The notes below the pieces were generated by a model, which was given only the letters and a program-made list of their open reading frames with translations, did no database searches and had not been told where the DNA came from. The position numbers and the translations under genes were made by a program. A DNA stretch of 64,000 nt from Octopus sinensis. Lineage: Eukaryota. Position 1 is the stretch's first letter. Every line of letters starts with the position of its first letter. Positions 62,716 through 64,000 of the stretch are shown in pieces. The stretch covers positions 182,590,001 through 182,654,000 of the forward strand of contig NC_042998.1 of the NCBI RefSeq assembly GCF_006345805.1, written 5' to 3'.

Positions 62716-64000
62716 CTATTATTATTCAGTAGTTTTATTTTTATAGCGTGCTTTCACTTCACTACCGAGCGCAGCTCTGTGTGCCTTGGGTATGTGCTGT
62801 GATTTGTTGTGATGCTCTGATGGTTATTGTATGGAAAGTGTTCTGCGTTGGATGTGTGCAGTGCCTAGTAGTGCAATTTTCTGTATGTTACATGTGTTTG
62901 TAAGTCATGGTGTTTTTGTTATGTATTTGTCTGAATATTTTTTTATCATGCCTAATGCACCTACTATGATAGGAATTGTTTCTGTTTTCAGGTTCCACAT
63001 TCTAGTTACCTCTATTTCCAGGTCTTTGTATTTTGAGAGTTTCTCCATTTCTTTTAGAGACACGTTGTCATCTGCTGGTATTGATACATCAATTAGAAAG
63101 CATTTTTTTTCTTCATGATCTCTGACAACTATATCTGGTCTGTTGGCCTTAATTTCTCTATCTGTGTGTATCGGCATATCCCAGAGTATGGTTGCTTTCT
63201 CGTTTTCTGTGACCTTTTCTGGTGTGTGCCTATACCATCTTTTTTCTATTGTTATTCCATAATGTTGGCATAGCTTCCAATGTATGTAGGTTCCAACTCT
63301 GTCATGTCTGTGAATATATTCCTTCTTAGCCAGGACTGGGCAGCTAGAGATAATATGATTTATTGTTTCTTGTCCATCTCCACATATTCTGCAGTTACTT
63401 GTAATATTTCTTTTCATTACATGTTTTTGGTAATTTCTGGTGGGGAGGCTTTGGTCTTGTGCTGCAATTAAAAATCCCTCTGTTTCTGCTTTGAGTCCTG
63501 AGCTTCTCAACCATTGCTGGGATTTTTCTTTGTCTATTTCTTTTGCGTTTAGTTTAGTCCAGTATTTACCATGAAGGGGCTTTTCTTGCCATCGTTTTAT
63601 CATGGTTCGTTGCTGTTCTATTTTTAGTTTGGATTTCATTTGTTTTATAGCTTTTGTTGTTTCTTCATCATCTTCTTCTTCTTCTTTGTGTTTATTAGGT
63701 GGTATGATTTCTTGTTTGTATTTGTCAGCTTCCTTAAATACTGAGAACAGTTTTTTGTTTTGCTCGTGTTTTGCTGCTATCTGGATCAGTTTTCCTTCCT
63801 TCTGAAGTAGGTATTTTTGCAGTCCTATGGTGGTTATTTTATAGTAGTTTTCCAGCTGTATAAGGCCTCTACCACCTTCTATACGTTCTATATATAGTCT
63901 TTCTATGTCAGATTTTGAGTGATGCATCCTAGATCCTGTCAGTATTTTTCTTGTTTTCCTATCTATTTTGGACAGTTCATTTCGTGTCCAGTTAAGGATA
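62716..64000 (-). mobile_element. R4/Dong-like non-LTR retrotransposon, 3' part (RT C-terminus, zinc knuckle, restriction-like endonuclease)
   Basis: CRICGDGQETINHIISSC, RHD, RPDIVV..IDVSIP and EKLSKY; premature TGA at 62905-62907, natural stop near 62824; TAA-repeat 3' end. Confidence 0.88.

Overview
AT-rich, repeat-dense animal genomic DNA. The tRNA-derived SINE families, (TA)n/(CA)n/(GAT)n microsatellites and MITEs resemble those of octopus/cephalopod genomes (inference). Almost all ORFs in the supplied track are artefacts of repeats or transposon debris. On the minus strand I reconstructed by hand a multi-exon gene with phase-compatible AG/GT exons from about 40.4 kb to beyond position 1. 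It probably has UTR exons at 44.5 and 52.4 kb and a CpG-rich promoter near 52.5 kb. It encodes an N-terminal coiled coil reminiscent of C10orf67/DUF4709. Its 3' part (1.0-11.7 kb) is an array of 12 tandemly duplicated ~700-bp intron+microexon units. The exons are phase 0/0 and mostly 48 nt, and they are far more diverged than the flanking intron DNA, almost entirely at non-synonymous sites. The introns also hold a 353-bp tandem repeat carrying a complete type I hammerhead ribozyme (retrozyme-like), a second intact hammerhead in a Penelope-like element, and a foldback AT-rich satellite. Upstream lie a deleted Gypsy element whose PBS position matches the 5' end of tRNA-Phe, plus CR1 and R4-clade LINE fragments.
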